From the human T2T-CHM13v2.0 reference genome, Homo sapiens, in NCBI RefSeq assembly GCF_009914755.1, contig NC_060928.1: 64,000 nucleotides of DNA; one strand, 5' to 3'. Positions 25,310-38,470 of this stretch are shown in pieces (the stretch's first letter is position 1; the number at the start of each line of letters is the position of its first letter). A program made the position numbers and the translations under genes. The notes under the pieces were generated by a model that saw only the letters and a list, made by a program, of their open reading frames with translations, made no database searches and was not told the DNA's origin.

Positions 25310-25689
25310 TTTCTTTCTCTTTCTTGCTTTCTTGCTTTTCTTCTTTTTCTTTCTTTTTTCAATGATGTCTCACTCTGTCATCCAGGCTGAAGTGCAGTGG
25401 CATGATCACAGCTCACTGTAGCCTTGATCTCCTAGACTCAATTGATCCTCCTACGTCGGCCTCCTGAGTAGCTGGGACTACAAGCATGCCACTACACCTA
25501 GCTCATTTTTCTTTTGTAGAGATTGGGTTTCACCATGTTGCCCAGGCTGGTCTCAAACTCCTGGGTTCAAGCTATCCTCCTGCCTCTGCCTCCCAAAGTG
25601 CTGGGATTACAAATGTGAGGCACCACACCCAGATGGATTAGTTTTCAACATATGAATTTTGGGATAACACAAATATTCAAACCATAGCA
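24855..25689 (-). mobile_element. MaLR LTR (MSTD/MLT1A-type) split by an Alu
   Basis: tgtcttagtccatttgggttgcta...ctctggaggctgggaagtccaagatcaag...aaaccatagca. Confidence 0.85.
25168..25634 (-). mobile_element. AluJ-like SINE with tail expanded into ~190-bp (TTTC)n/CT tract
   Basis: TSD ggattagtttt at 25157-25167 and 25635-25645; J-type gatcacagctcactgtagcc. Confidence 0.9.
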
Positions 25690-25997
25690 CAAGTATAACT
25701 ACCTTAGTCCTAATTTTAATGGTTTATGTTTTAATATCTCTTTGTTCACCAATAGCTATGATATCAATTGGTGTTGATTAATATTTATTATATAAAGAAA
25801 GAACTCTTACTATATAGAATGTTTTCATTTTTAAATGGAGTGATTAATTTTTATCAGAATTTTTACAAAGTTTTTCCTCAGTGATGTGAAGCTGGTACAT
25901 TTCATGATCTTGATCTACCCTTTCTTTCCCTGTATAAACCCTAACTGGCTCTTACATATTACATTTTTAGTGTTCTATTGAAATTGATTTGTATGTC

Positions 25998-26390
25998 TGT
26001 CAGGATAGCCTAGATGATGTCATGGTTAAAAGCAATCTCAAATATCAGCGACTTAAAATAACAAAGACTATTTCTTGCCCCCATACAGTCGGCTTGGGCT
26101 TGGGTAAATCTCTGGAGCAACTGTTTTCCATGTGCTAGATCATTACTAAACCTATATATGGACACAGCTGCCACAGTCGCCAGAGAAAGGGAAGAAAGTG
26201 GTGAAGAACCAAGTGCTGGTAATTAGTTCCTACTACCCAGGAAACATGGAAGTTCTGGCTTACCTTTTATTGGCTATGGAAAAATCACATGGCCATGGTT
26301 GAATTCAAGAAGACATGGAAATCAAATCCTTCCATATGCCATGAAAGAGGTGGAAGATGAATACTGGTGAATACTAAAAAGGCTGCCAGA
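25998..26390 (-). mobile_element. Old MLT1 (J/K/L-type) MaLR LTR
   Basis: aaatatcagcgacttaaaataacaaag...aaatcacatggcc...aaatccttccatatgcc. Confidence 0.6.
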
Positions 26391-26399
26391 CTAGGCTAG

Positions 26400-28440
26400 T
26401 ATTTTATTGAGGATGTTTACACATTGATTTTTAAGTAAATTTTGTGTGTAACTTTTTTCTTGTTCTATTTTTGTCAAATTTAATTACTAAGGTTATAAAA
26501 TGTATGTGACAATATAACTGGATTTCTATTTTTTCTTTAAAGTTTGATATGTTTGCTAAAAAGGCTTTCTTATACACCCAGGCTTTTTTGGGATTACAGT
26601 TTGGCATTTTGAAAAAGAAATATATAATCAGATCTTTAATGTCCTTTTGATCTGATTATTTCATTTGTATTTTTATAGAAAACTGTATATTTCATTGAGA
26701 TTTTCAAAAACTTACAAAGAACCTTAAATGTTTATTTTTTATTGTTATACTTTTAGTCACTTCTGTTTTGATAGCATAATTTTAATTTTTAATTTTGTGT
26801 ATTTATGTTTTTCTCCATTTCTCATGTTAAACAATCTGGAGACTTATCTATTGCAGTTTTTCCTTAAAAAATTATTTCTGAATCTTCTATATGTATTTTG
26901 TTGTATCATCTCATTTGTTGTGGTTTCTATTTTTCTCTTATTGTTAATTTTCTTGAATAGGCCATACAAACACAAGGATATGCAAGGAAAAATAAAACTT
27001 TCTATAACCTCTGTCCCTCAGCCACACATTTTTCTTATTCAGAGGCCAAATCAACGTCTTGTGAATTTATTCAGATATACTCTAAATTATATACATGTAT
27101 TTATAGTAATATATACATATTTTCTACTAATCTTCTGTTTCACAGATGAGATTGTATTCTACACTGCATTTTGGAATTATCTTTTTGAATATAAAGTATA
27201 TCTTCAAATTATCACATGCCTGTACCTATGGAGTTATTTTATTCATTTCTGTTGCTACACAGTGCTGGTTTATATTATGGAACCATTATTGGTTTATCCA
27301 GTTTTCCATTGTTAGACCTTTGAGCATTCTCTGACCCTCATACCTTGATGCTATAAAATGTAGTAATGAATATCCTTGTACATCTGTCATTTTACACACG
27401 TGCCAATGTACATGTAGAGGAGATACACAGGACTATAACCTGGACCAAAGGGGAGATGCAATTTTAACTCTGATAGAAACAAATTGCTCTCCATGGAAGT
27501 TTCAATTTACTCTCCCAGGAGTTGTGTATGAGAATACATATTTCCTGAGATAATACATTGCTATTAAATTATTTGATCTTTCCTAACCTGGCCAGTTAAA
27601 AAATATCAGATGTTATTGTAAATGTAATTTGCATTTTCTCTTATTATGAATGATGTCTATATATATTTGTTTAAGAGCCATTTGGAATTCCTTTTCAGTG
27701 AATGGAGTGAGCTTGTAGCCTCTGGCCATATTTTCTATCAGAATGTCATTCCTTTTTTGTCTTAATTGAAAAGTACATTAGCACTTCACCCGCGACATGA
27801 GTTGCAAATATTAACTCACAATTTTATCACTTTTCTTTTGACACTACATATAGTAGCTTTTTTCCAAGCAGATTATTTTTATGCCTTCAAAATTACTAGA
27901 TTTTTATGGCTTCTGTATTTTGGACACTCCTGAAAAGGTTTTTGCTACACTGAAAATTTTTAAAAGCTCTATCACAGTTTGTTCTATGTCTTTTATGTTT
28001 CTTTTTTATGTGTTAAAATCTTTGAATCATGAGGTATTTATTTTGATGTGAAGTGTGAGGTAAGCATTTTACATTATTTTCTTACATATGGCTATTTAAT
28101 TTGTTGAACAAAATATATTAAATAATACATATTTTCCCTCAGACTTGAAATGCCAAATCCATCATATATTAAAATTCCATATATATTTGGTTCTATATGT
28201 AGACATATTTTCTGATATCTGCATATTAATATACCAATACTAAACTATTCTTTTACTTTTTAGCATACCTTATTATCTACTATAACTAATTTCTCTTTAT
28301 TCCCCTTCTTCAGAACTTTACAAGTTATTTCAAATTTATTTTTTCACTTAAACTGTAGAATCTTCTTTCATAGTTCCAGAAAAAGAAATCTATTTGTATT
28401 TTTACTGAGATCATAATAAATTTATAGATTAATTTAACCT
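26400..28440 (-). mobile_element. Degenerate L1M fragments
   Basis: T-rich antisense L1-like motifs (atgaatatccttgtacat, caaattgctctcca, ttaagagccatttg, taaatttatagattaattt). Confidence 0.6.
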
Positions 28441-28554
28441 ACAGCATGGTATAGCTTCCCATTTTCTAAGGTCAGCTTCTGTTTATTCTTAACTTGTGTG
28501 CTCAGACCACTTCATCCCACCTTTATATGTATAGGCCTCTTTGGATTGGGGGCG

Positions 28555-29825
28555 AACTGGTCCGCTCAGGCTGTCAAAACAAAATGCCACAGGCTTAAAC
28601 GTTAAAAATTTAAATTTAAATTAGACATTTATTTATCTTGGCTGGGAAGTCTAAGATTAAGGTGCCAGCCCTGCTGATTTCTAAATCACTTTTAGGGTCA
28701 TTCTTCCCTTATCCTGAAGGATAATGCAGGTTTGCAGTTGAATAGCTCTACAGGCCCATTCTACAGGATTGCAGAAGTCCACCTTCCTCCCTTCCATCTA
28801 GTTTTTTATGTCCTTTAGTCCCAGCTGGCAGTATTTCTGCTGGTGTAGTCCCAAAGCTATTCCTGGCTCCTGCTGATATATCAGATTACATCTGTTGTTC
28901 ACACCCATACCAATCTTCCTATCAAATGGTTGTCCAGCCACATCCCTAGCACTCTCTTCAGAATATACTTCCTCATATTTTTGAAATATGAACAGGCAGG
29001 TAATTTTTCAAATCTTTAAGTTCCTGTTACTTTTTGATTAACAATTCCTTTGTCAATTCAACTCTCACCTCTTGCATTTTATTATAAGTAGTCAGGAGGA
29101 TCCAGGCTATACCTTGAACATTTTACTTGGAAATCTCCTCACATAAATATGCAATTCTACCTTTCACAAGTGCTATCTCCCCTAAAGCACTAGATCACAA
29201 TTTAGGCAAGTCCTCTAGCACTTTGTAACAGTGATCACCTTTTCTCCATTGTCCGATAACAACTTCCTCATTTCTGTCTGATACCACACCAGAATGACTT
29301 TAACATTCATATTTTTACCAACATTCTATTCAGGATTATTCTCTACATATTCTCTAAGAACATGGAGGCTTTTTCTTTAGCTCTCGTCTTTTCTTCAAAG
29401 CCCTCAACACAATTGCCTTTAATATTTATATTTCTTCGTGACAATCTTAATTTTATTTTTAGCAAGCACCACAAAACTCATCTAGCCTCTACCCATCACC
29501 CAGTTCCAAAGCCACCTCCACATTTTTAGGCATTTGTTACAGCAGCACCTTACTTCTGGTACCCAAAACTTTATCAATCTGCTCAGCTACCATAACAAAA
29601 TAACACATGCTGTGTTGCTCAAACTAGAGAAATTTATTTTTCACAGCTCTGGAAACTGTCCAAGATCAAGACAGTAGCGAGGTAGGTTTCATTTTGAGTT
29701 CTCTTCTCTTGGCTTTTGGCAGCCACCATCTTGCTGTGCTCACGACTTCTCTCTCCATGTACATGCCCCAAGGAAAGGCCATAGGAGGACACAGTGAGAA
29801 GATGGCCGTCTACAAGCCAGGAAAA
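28555..29825 (-). mobile_element. MaLR (MLT1A/MST) LTR pieces + internal sequence
   Basis: cccagttccaaagccacctccacatttttagg...cttctggtacc (MaLR internal 5' end) flanked by LTR motifs. Confidence 0.7.
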
Positions 29826-29834
29826 ATACATGAC

Positions 29835-31060
29835 TGGAGGGTCATGGAGGCAGAGATGGAGGCTACCTATGGGCCCAACAGCATGGACAATCCATTACTA
29901 AGGCTGATCCTGCTATTGCTTCCTCTGAGTGTCCAACTTTTCAGTGAGAGAAATGAACACTGAGTTCCCTCCTCCCCAAACTCCTTTATGGCACTATTCC
30001 TCAGGGAGACCACCTGGCCACATGGTGGCAATTTGATATCAGGTCCCTTCCATCCACAAAGGGTCAGTCATTCCTCTATTTCAGGTATAGATTTGTTCTT
30101 CTTGCTAGTAGAGTCTTAGCCACTACCACTTTCCAGGTGCTTAAAGAATGCCTGGTACATGGGCCTGGAATCCCATGGAACATAACATCCAACCTGGGGA
30201 CCTACCTTATAGTGAAGGGGATGCAGAAGTAGGCCATGGTCCCTGGTCCCACTGGTCATGTCATATACTTTATGATCCAAAGGCCAATGGCCATGATCAT
30301 AGAATACTTCTAGCTGTACAACTGAAGTACTAGTTTAGAGAAAACACTCTAAAAATATGAAGTACCATCCTGTAGAAGGCAGTATGTCTATTAAATGAGA
30401 TATTTTGATATGGCTCTGTGTTTGCACAAAGACAGATGAATGGTTCCAAGACCCAAGGCATGGAAGCAAGAGTGGCCTCATTTACCATTCCTCTCGAAGA
30501 TCTCCAGAGGACATTCTCCATCCTGTCTCCTCAGCTCTGGGCTTCCCTGGGTTGGGGTTCTTGGTCTCAGAATGTACCAATAAACACAGCAAATGTCCTG
30601 TTGAATTATAATTTATAGCTACCACCTGGGCATTTTGAAGTCTTTGAGCCCAGACACCATCAGACAATAAGAGGACTTCCTATATTGGGAGGGGGAATTG
30701 ACCTTGATCAGCAGGAACAGATAGGGCTGCTTATACCAATGGTGGTAGAGGAGAATACATGGCGAACCCAGGTGATCTACTTGGGTGCCTCTGGTACTCC
30801 CTTGTCCCATTGTAACTGCTAATGGATATGTGGACAAACCCTGCACTGAGGAGGGTATGGCTATCAAGTGTTCAGACCCTTCAGGTATGAAGGTTTAGGT
30901 CACACTATCAAAGTAATCCAGCAAACTTTGCCAAGATGACAGCTGAGGGTGAGCGGAATTTAGAACGGGCTAGTGAAGGTAGGAGAAGATGAGCACCCAT
31001 CTCTCATGATCTGAGATCATGAGCAGTTGGTCTCAAGTCAACTGCATCCATAGGGGCTAC
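29835..31060 (+). pseudogene. ERVL-class pol fossil: integrase + dUTPase remnant
   Basis: Hand translation GGRDGGYLWAQQHGQSITKADPAIASSECPTFQ and YGTIPQGDHLATWWQFD (integrase), then LPPGHF...GIDLDQQEQIGLL (dUTPase-like); many disablements. Confidence 0.85.
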
Positions 31061-31721
31061 ACATCATCCTATTAATCTTTTTCTGAGTTTTCCCTCATGC
31101 CAACACCCCCCATAGGCCATAATAAGAGCTGTGTATCAGTGTAGGATACAGTCTGTTTTAATTTGAGCTGATGTTTCTGAAGGAGGCTTCTTCCAAAAGT
31201 CAACATTTTGCAGGAAGGAATAACTAATCATTACTACCCAGTCTGATAGAAGCTGTGAATAGCATTTTAATAGTTAAAATAATGTAAACATATTTAACCA
31301 TGTTGTGAGGTGGAGAGAATAAAAATATATGAGTACATTTGAGTATGTGTGTTGGAGGCTGACACTGGAAATAGAAGCAAATATTTATCTTTCATGGAAA
31401 AAGTCAACAGATAAAGCTAAAATCGAAGAAGAAAGCAATAGAGTGTTAGCAGACAAAACGAAAGATAAATAAGAATATTCAACTCAAAGAATTGAGAGTG
31501 ATTGCTTCTGGGAAAAGAGAAATAAGGTAGAGATTACTCTGTTTTAAAAGGAAAAGTAGTCTCCTTCTTGAATATGTGCATGCCTATCTATGATTGAAAC
31601 GTAGAAAGAACACAAGCAAATAATACAATCTACTGAGTAATAAGAATAGTTTAGGAGGATTTTACCTTTTCTTAGTTCTTTCCCCATCATCTCTTTATAA
31701 TAATATAGTTTTGAATTTTCA

Positions 31722-31952
<231 letters not shown>

Positions 31953-31999
31953 TTAATAATAATCATATTAAATAGCATTTTAGATGTAGCCACATTTAA

Positions 32000-32375
<376 letters not shown>

Positions 32376-33515
32376 TCATTTTCTCTTTTCTTCCTCCCTC
32401 TTTCCTGGTCTCGTTTCCCTTTATCCTTCCTCTCCTTCCTTCCTTCCTGTGTTTTCCTTTTTTCTCTTCCTTCCTTTTTCCCATCCTCTCTTGATTTCTC
32501 TCTCCCTCCTTCTCTTCCCTCTCTTTCTCTTCCTTCTTTCCTTCCTTCCTCCCTCCCTCTCTTACTTTCTTTCTCCCTTCCTGTTTTTTTTTAATTTTCC
32601 CTTCTTTCTTTCTTTGTTTCATTTCTAAACTTAATTTTGTCATTCTCAAGTTTCTTACTTTGATTTATTTCTGCACAGCTGGACTAAACCTTGAATATTT
32701 TTAATAGCACAGTCAGAAAAAGCAAATGGGCACTTGTACCCAGTGATAAAATTCCAGAGACAGCATTATAGAAGGAGTCAAACAGTGTTATTGCATAAAA
32801 AGTGCCATATTTCAAGAAAGTGACAATACTGTGCTCTGGAAATTGGTTTTGGATGACTTGAATCTTGTCTTCAGTGATGATAAAAGCAATGATGTTGACT
32901 ATAAATTTGAACAATTGCAATAAAATAGATTCACAAAATATGAGTTGAAATAACAATTTTTAAAATTCAAATACTACTTTACATAAAACATTGTCTTACA
33001 CAAGAGTTCATATCATATTATTATGAGAATACATTTGCATATTTTAAACATACCTATTAAAACATAAAATATCAGATTTGCCAAAAATTTATTTTTGTAT
33101 ATTCTTATTGAATAAAATGCTGTCAGTCTTTATTTAGGGAAATAAGATATTGACTATTCAATTTCAACGACCCAGTGAGTTACAGTCTTACCTATACAGA
33201 TGAAAAAACTAAAGCTTAGAAAGTTTAAGCTCAGTGTCACACAGCTAGGACAGAGGAAAGGAGGGATTTGAATCCATTTATAATTTATGCCCAAGACACT
33301 CTTAAGACACCTTAGACTTAGTTATACCAATGCCTCCCTTTAGGGAACTAGTGTTAAAATCTGAGCTAAGGATGGGAATGGCCAGGTAAACAGGAGTTCA
33401 TGTTTACCTAACAGTGATGTACAACCTAATAGTACATTCTTAGGTTGAAGGTTATTGTAGAGATTCTGGAAAACAAGGGAAATACTCTAAAGCACTAAAG
33501 TAAGAGATAAAAGGT

Positions 33516-33820
33516 TGCAATGAACTGAATGCTTATTTCCCCCCCAGTATCAGCTATAGCAATTCTAACCCCCAGTGTGATGGTATTTTGCAGCAGGGCC
33601 TTTAGGAGGTAACAGGTCATGAGGGTAGATCCCTCATGGATGGAATTAGAGGGAATGGGAAGTCGGCACTCTACACCCCAGAAGGTGGTTCTCACCAAAA
33701 GCTGACCATGCTGGTACTCTGATCTCAGGCTTTCAGCCTCCAGAACTGTGAGAAGAAATTTCTGTTGTTTATAAGCCACCAATCTATGGCAGTTTGTTAT
33801 AGCATCCTGGACTGAATAAG
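33516..33820 (+). mobile_element. MLT1A/MSTD MaLR LTR
   Basis: tgcaatgaactgaatg...cagcctccagaactgtgagaagaaatttctgttgtttataagccacc...ggactga. Confidence 0.8.
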
Positions 33821-36800
33821 GCAATGATGAAATACAACAAGTCTGTGGACAGACGGTACCTACCTTAAAATTTTGTTGTAAAGTATTCCTTCCCAAGGCT
33901 GCCATCTATGTAAAAGACCATCTCTCCTGAAATGGCTTATAAATCTCCTGCTCCTCCATTGAGGCTCTCTAACATTTCTACCCTCTGGAATACCTTCCCT
34001 GATCTACTCATTCCTTCCTCTGAGCTCCCTTGCACACAAGTCTATCCTCCTGCTCCTTTTCCACCACCACCTCCTGCTCCTCTTCATTCAGTAATTTAAA
34101 TGACAATTCTTTATTTGAATGTCTGGGTCCACATTGTACTGCTAAATCCTTGAGGGCAGTGTTTATGTTTTTTTAAAGGTATTTCTCTGCACAGCCTGGT
34201 GAAGTATCTGGAACATAACATGTAACCAATAGTGGAGCTGTGATTTGAACCTAGCTCTGATTATTACATGAATGAATAATGAATGAAGGACAGACTCCTT
34301 TGCAAGTCTACATGGGCAATGGGGTTTGGGAGTACATTTGACATGAGTTTTTCTGTTTTTATTTTTTATCCTGGAGAAAATGTTGTGATATTACACAAAA
34401 CAGTAGATATGTTTTAAAACTCAAAACATAATTTAATAAGTGATTATCTATCACTTTCTGATTAGTTTTCCAGAGAGAGTTGTTTCTTATCATCTCAGAT
34501 ATTTGAACCTTGCATTGAGAACATTAGGTGTTGAGATACACTATTAAGTTGTGTCATAAAGGATGAGAAGTGTATGGTTATGTGAGGGGGTGGTCGGAGC
34601 ACACCCTTCTGTTACTCACCCCATGATACACTTACAAAAATTTCTACTGCCTTTAATTTGAAAGTTTTTAAAATTATAGAACCAACTTTGCTATTAGACA
34701 TCTTGACATGTTTGAATAAAAAAAGTAATTGTGTTAAAATAATTTTAGAAAATGAGTCCCAGTCTTTGACTCATGGGGGTGGATATTCTGAATTGTCAGG
34801 GCATTGTAAATGCTATCCGTTGTACTTTGATCAATCAATCTGAAGGAGAAGACACAGGGTTTACTTTGGAGACCACATTTTAGAAGAGCTGCCTGCTTAG
34901 ATATTTGCTAACCAATGGAGGGGTAACCTGATATTCCCCTCAGAACTGCTGTTCTTCTCATGAGTAGTCATTTCTCTTCATGTTACAGAAACAGAACCAC
35001 AGACTCTCAAGAGTTTGTTCTAGGAAGTTATTCAGCTCTGCAGCAAACTAATATTTCTCTGCTGTCCTATGGAGACATTTCAGATATGCGTTTCATCCCT
35101 CACACCTAATTTATGCAAAGAATCTCTTGCCCTGGGGGCTGTTCTGCTTTTTAATGAATTCACTTTGATGACAACTAAATGTGGCAGGTGTTTCAGGAAG
35201 CAGTTCAACCAGGGATAGTTTAACTTTAAAATTCTCTCACATGTGTAATATCTCTGAACCTAATATTTTGGTTGAGATGTGTAGATTCAGTTTGCTTTTT
35301 CATTTCTTTCCTTATGAAGCATTGTGTCTGAACTTATTATGGACTTCATTGTTGGGCTGGGAGTGAAGAAATCTTTAGGTTGACTCTGCCTAAAAATAGC
35401 CATTTGCCCTAGCATATGTCACTGAGTAAACTTTTCTAAGCAACAGATTTCAAATCTGTAAAATGAGTTGGTGGCAGTGAGGAGAGTTGGATGAGATCAT
35501 CTCTCCAGGGCTTCATATACCTCGTCCCTCCTCAGTGCTAAGGATTCACATATACGGATCCTCAGTGCAGATTGTGAAACGTAGACGGACATCTTCATTC
35601 AAAGATTCCTCAGGTATCTCAAGGCCAACATGCAAATGTGAGCCAGGCAGGCATCTTAACAGTTTGCCTGTGTTCTCTGTGGCTGTGAATAATGTCATCA
35701 TCTCAATTAATGAGAAAGATACCTAGACATTACCCCTGGTGTGATAACTACGTTACCTACCAGGTAGAAGTCTGTGTAGGCATTTGCCCTGAAGTTCTCA
35801 TTCATGACTCATGTGTTTGATTTGCCCTCATGAATTTAAAACTGGATCATTGTTTAATAAAGACAATATATTTATATTTATGGCTGTATTTTACCTTGGA
35901 ATAGCTAAACTTTTTGCTGTTAAGAGATCGTGAGATTGAAGTAAGATACAAAAAGGACATAATATAAAGAAACAATAGAGGCAAAAAGGAAGTAGAAAGC
36001 TCTGTTCTGAGTTAGATGGCATACAGGGAAAGGGGATTTGAAAGACAAGGGGTTGGATGCCTACATACTGCTCCCCACTTCTCTCATTTCAGAGAAGGCT
36101 CATTATCCACTCATTGCGGCATAGTCTGGGGACATTCTATCCCTGCATTTACCAAAATGACAACGTATTCCTATGATGCATGGGATGTAGCTTACACCCA
36201 GCTGAAGAAAGTATCTAGATGGGTTTAATGGCCTTCCAGAACCTTCAAACCCAAAGTGATATAGAAAAGCACAGAAATGCTGAAGGAACTGGTACACAAA
36301 TAGAGAGCTGGGGTTGGGATAAGGAGCTCACAGGGCAGGGACTTTGGGGATCTAGGACTAGAAGCTACAGCAGAGATGTTAGCAGTAAGTGGAATGTGAA
36401 CACAATCAAGCAGGGATTTTTTTTTTCTTTTTGGCTGGTTACTGTATATTTCCAGAACCTAGTACACTGTCTAGTATATACTTGGTACCCAGTAAATATT
36501 TATTGAATAAATAGGTGGGCAAGATACCTAAGAAAATCAGAGTTGATCAATTGTACTTCAGTCGACATTATCACAAGATGTCCAGAAACAAGGCAGGGTG
36601 AGGGACATCTCCAGGAGATAAGAGAAGTTTCTGATAACACAAGAGCCCAAAAGCTGATGCCAGTTTGGTATGTAAATTCTCTCCCTCCATCTTAAAATGT
36701 AGTTCTTAAGTTAAGGCAAGAGAAGGGAAAACAAATCCAGAATTATTTGTGCTTGAACTGATAGAACAGCTTTAAACAAATAGAAGGGCACAAGTTATCT

Positions 36801-37450
36801 TTTATTATTTTAATTATTTTTTCTCCTATCAGTTTTTTCTCCTATCTCCATTTTTTCTCAACGTAGACTTGGGAGAATGTGAAATCAGTTACAGAAAATA
36901 AAGTAACGTCAACTTTGACTTCACTACAATTGCTGTCATCGTCTGCCTTTTCTTTGCTTCCAGTTTTTCTCCTTTGTAAAATTCCTTAGTGGATTCATGT
37001 TATATGGCAGAAAGTTTCATCCATCCAAACCCCACATGGCTTTCTTTACCTATCTTCAATTTTATCTCTTGTCTCCTCTGTATCTCTTTTGCATTCTGCA
37101 TTTTGAGGTCACCACATTAGGCACGTGACCTAGTAGTGACTGCCAATATCTGGTCCAGTTAGGGGTACCCTATTCTGATTTACACCAGAGTGTTCTATGG
37201 GCTTGTGATGGTCAGCTCCCCATTGCCAGAACCTACAGGTCAGCACACACGCACACGTGTACACTCACACACACACACACTCTCTCTCTCTCTAATTCAT
37301 GCACACACTCAGTGTCAAGTCATGTGTTACTATTTGTAGTTACCCCCAAACCACCAAGCCTTTGGTTATAACAGTTCTCTATTCATCCCCCACCTCTTTA
37401 TCCAATCTCTCCACTTTGGTGAACATCAATACGTTAAAAAAATTCCAACT

Positions 37451-37590
37451 AAAGTGTCACCTCCTCGGTGAATCTTTCCTTTTCATATGCCCAGCGACAA
37501 AATTAAGTATTCTCTTCTTTAAAGTGTCACCCCCTCTGTGAATCCTTTCTTTTCATGTGCCCAGTGGCAAAATTAAGCATTCTCTTCTTT
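37451..37590. repeat. 70-bp tandem duplication (8 mismatches) in L2-like sequence
   Basis: aaagtgtcacc...attctcttcttt x2. Confidence 0.95.
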
Positions 37591-38148
37591 GCTCCCACTT
37601 CTATCTTGCAAGTACTTCTAGCCCAGCAGCTATAATACTTTTTATCTTGTGTGCAAATAATTTGCATTATAGTCATTACTTCAGCTATTTAGAGTCATGG
37701 ATTATGTCTTACTCATCTTTGTATCTCTGGAAACTCGTATGTTCTCTGGATGCTAAAAGGACAAAATAATGTTTGTTCAATGAATATTGTCTATAGTTCT
37801 TCCTGTTCTAATGAGCTGAGATTAAAAGAATAAATGGATCCTAAAATTAGAAACACAATTAGATTGAGTTCCAAATTGCCTCTAGGACATCATGGCTACC
37901 TGATACTGATGAAACTTCTCAATATTTTCTAGACCTGAGATAAGTTGAATTAAGTTCCAATGTAAAGAGGAAATACAGTAGACGGGCCATGACTACATTT
38001 TGGTTCTAACCCTTATTTCAGCCACACACTAGCTATGCAAACTTGGGAAAGTCACTAGATACACTTGACTTCAATTTCCTCTTTTATTTAAAGGAAAATA
38101 ATGCCTACCTTTAATCTTTAAATAGTGGTTATAAGTTAAAAAAGTGTT

Positions 38149-38470
38149 GGCTGGGCACGGTGGCTCACGCCTGTAATCCCAACACTTTGGGAGGCCGTGG
38201 CGGGCAGATCACAAGATCAAGAGATTGAGACTATCCTGGTTAACATAAGGAAACCCTGTCTCTACTAAAAATACAAAAATTATCTGGGCGTGGTGGCGCG
38301 TGCCTGTAGTCCCAGCTACTCCGGAGGCAGAGGCAGGAGACTCGCTTTAACTCGGGAGGCGGAGGTTGCAGTGAGCTGAGATTGCACCACTGCACTGCAG
38401 CCTAGTGACAGAGACTCCATGTCAAAAACAAAAACAAAAACAAAACAACAACAAAAAACCAAACAACAAA
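38149..38470 (+). mobile_element. Alu (AluSc-like) inserted in a MIR
   Basis: Full dimer, (caaaaa)n tail, TSD-like aaaaRagtgYt. Confidence 0.93.

Noticed and set aside
25108-25365. K/E/R-rich and F/L/S-rich ORFs (also 32254-32649, 20147-20338)
   Set aside because: Translations of (TTTC)n/(GGAA)n low-complexity tracts.
26728-27315. Longest ORF (195 aa, hydrophobic, membrane-protein-like)
   Set aside because: F/L/I/Y richness reflects T-rich antisense L1M sequence; no homology recognised.
29835-31060. Possible domesticated retroviral integrase gene
   Set aside because: Multiple stops and frameshifts; no long ORF in the integrase frame.
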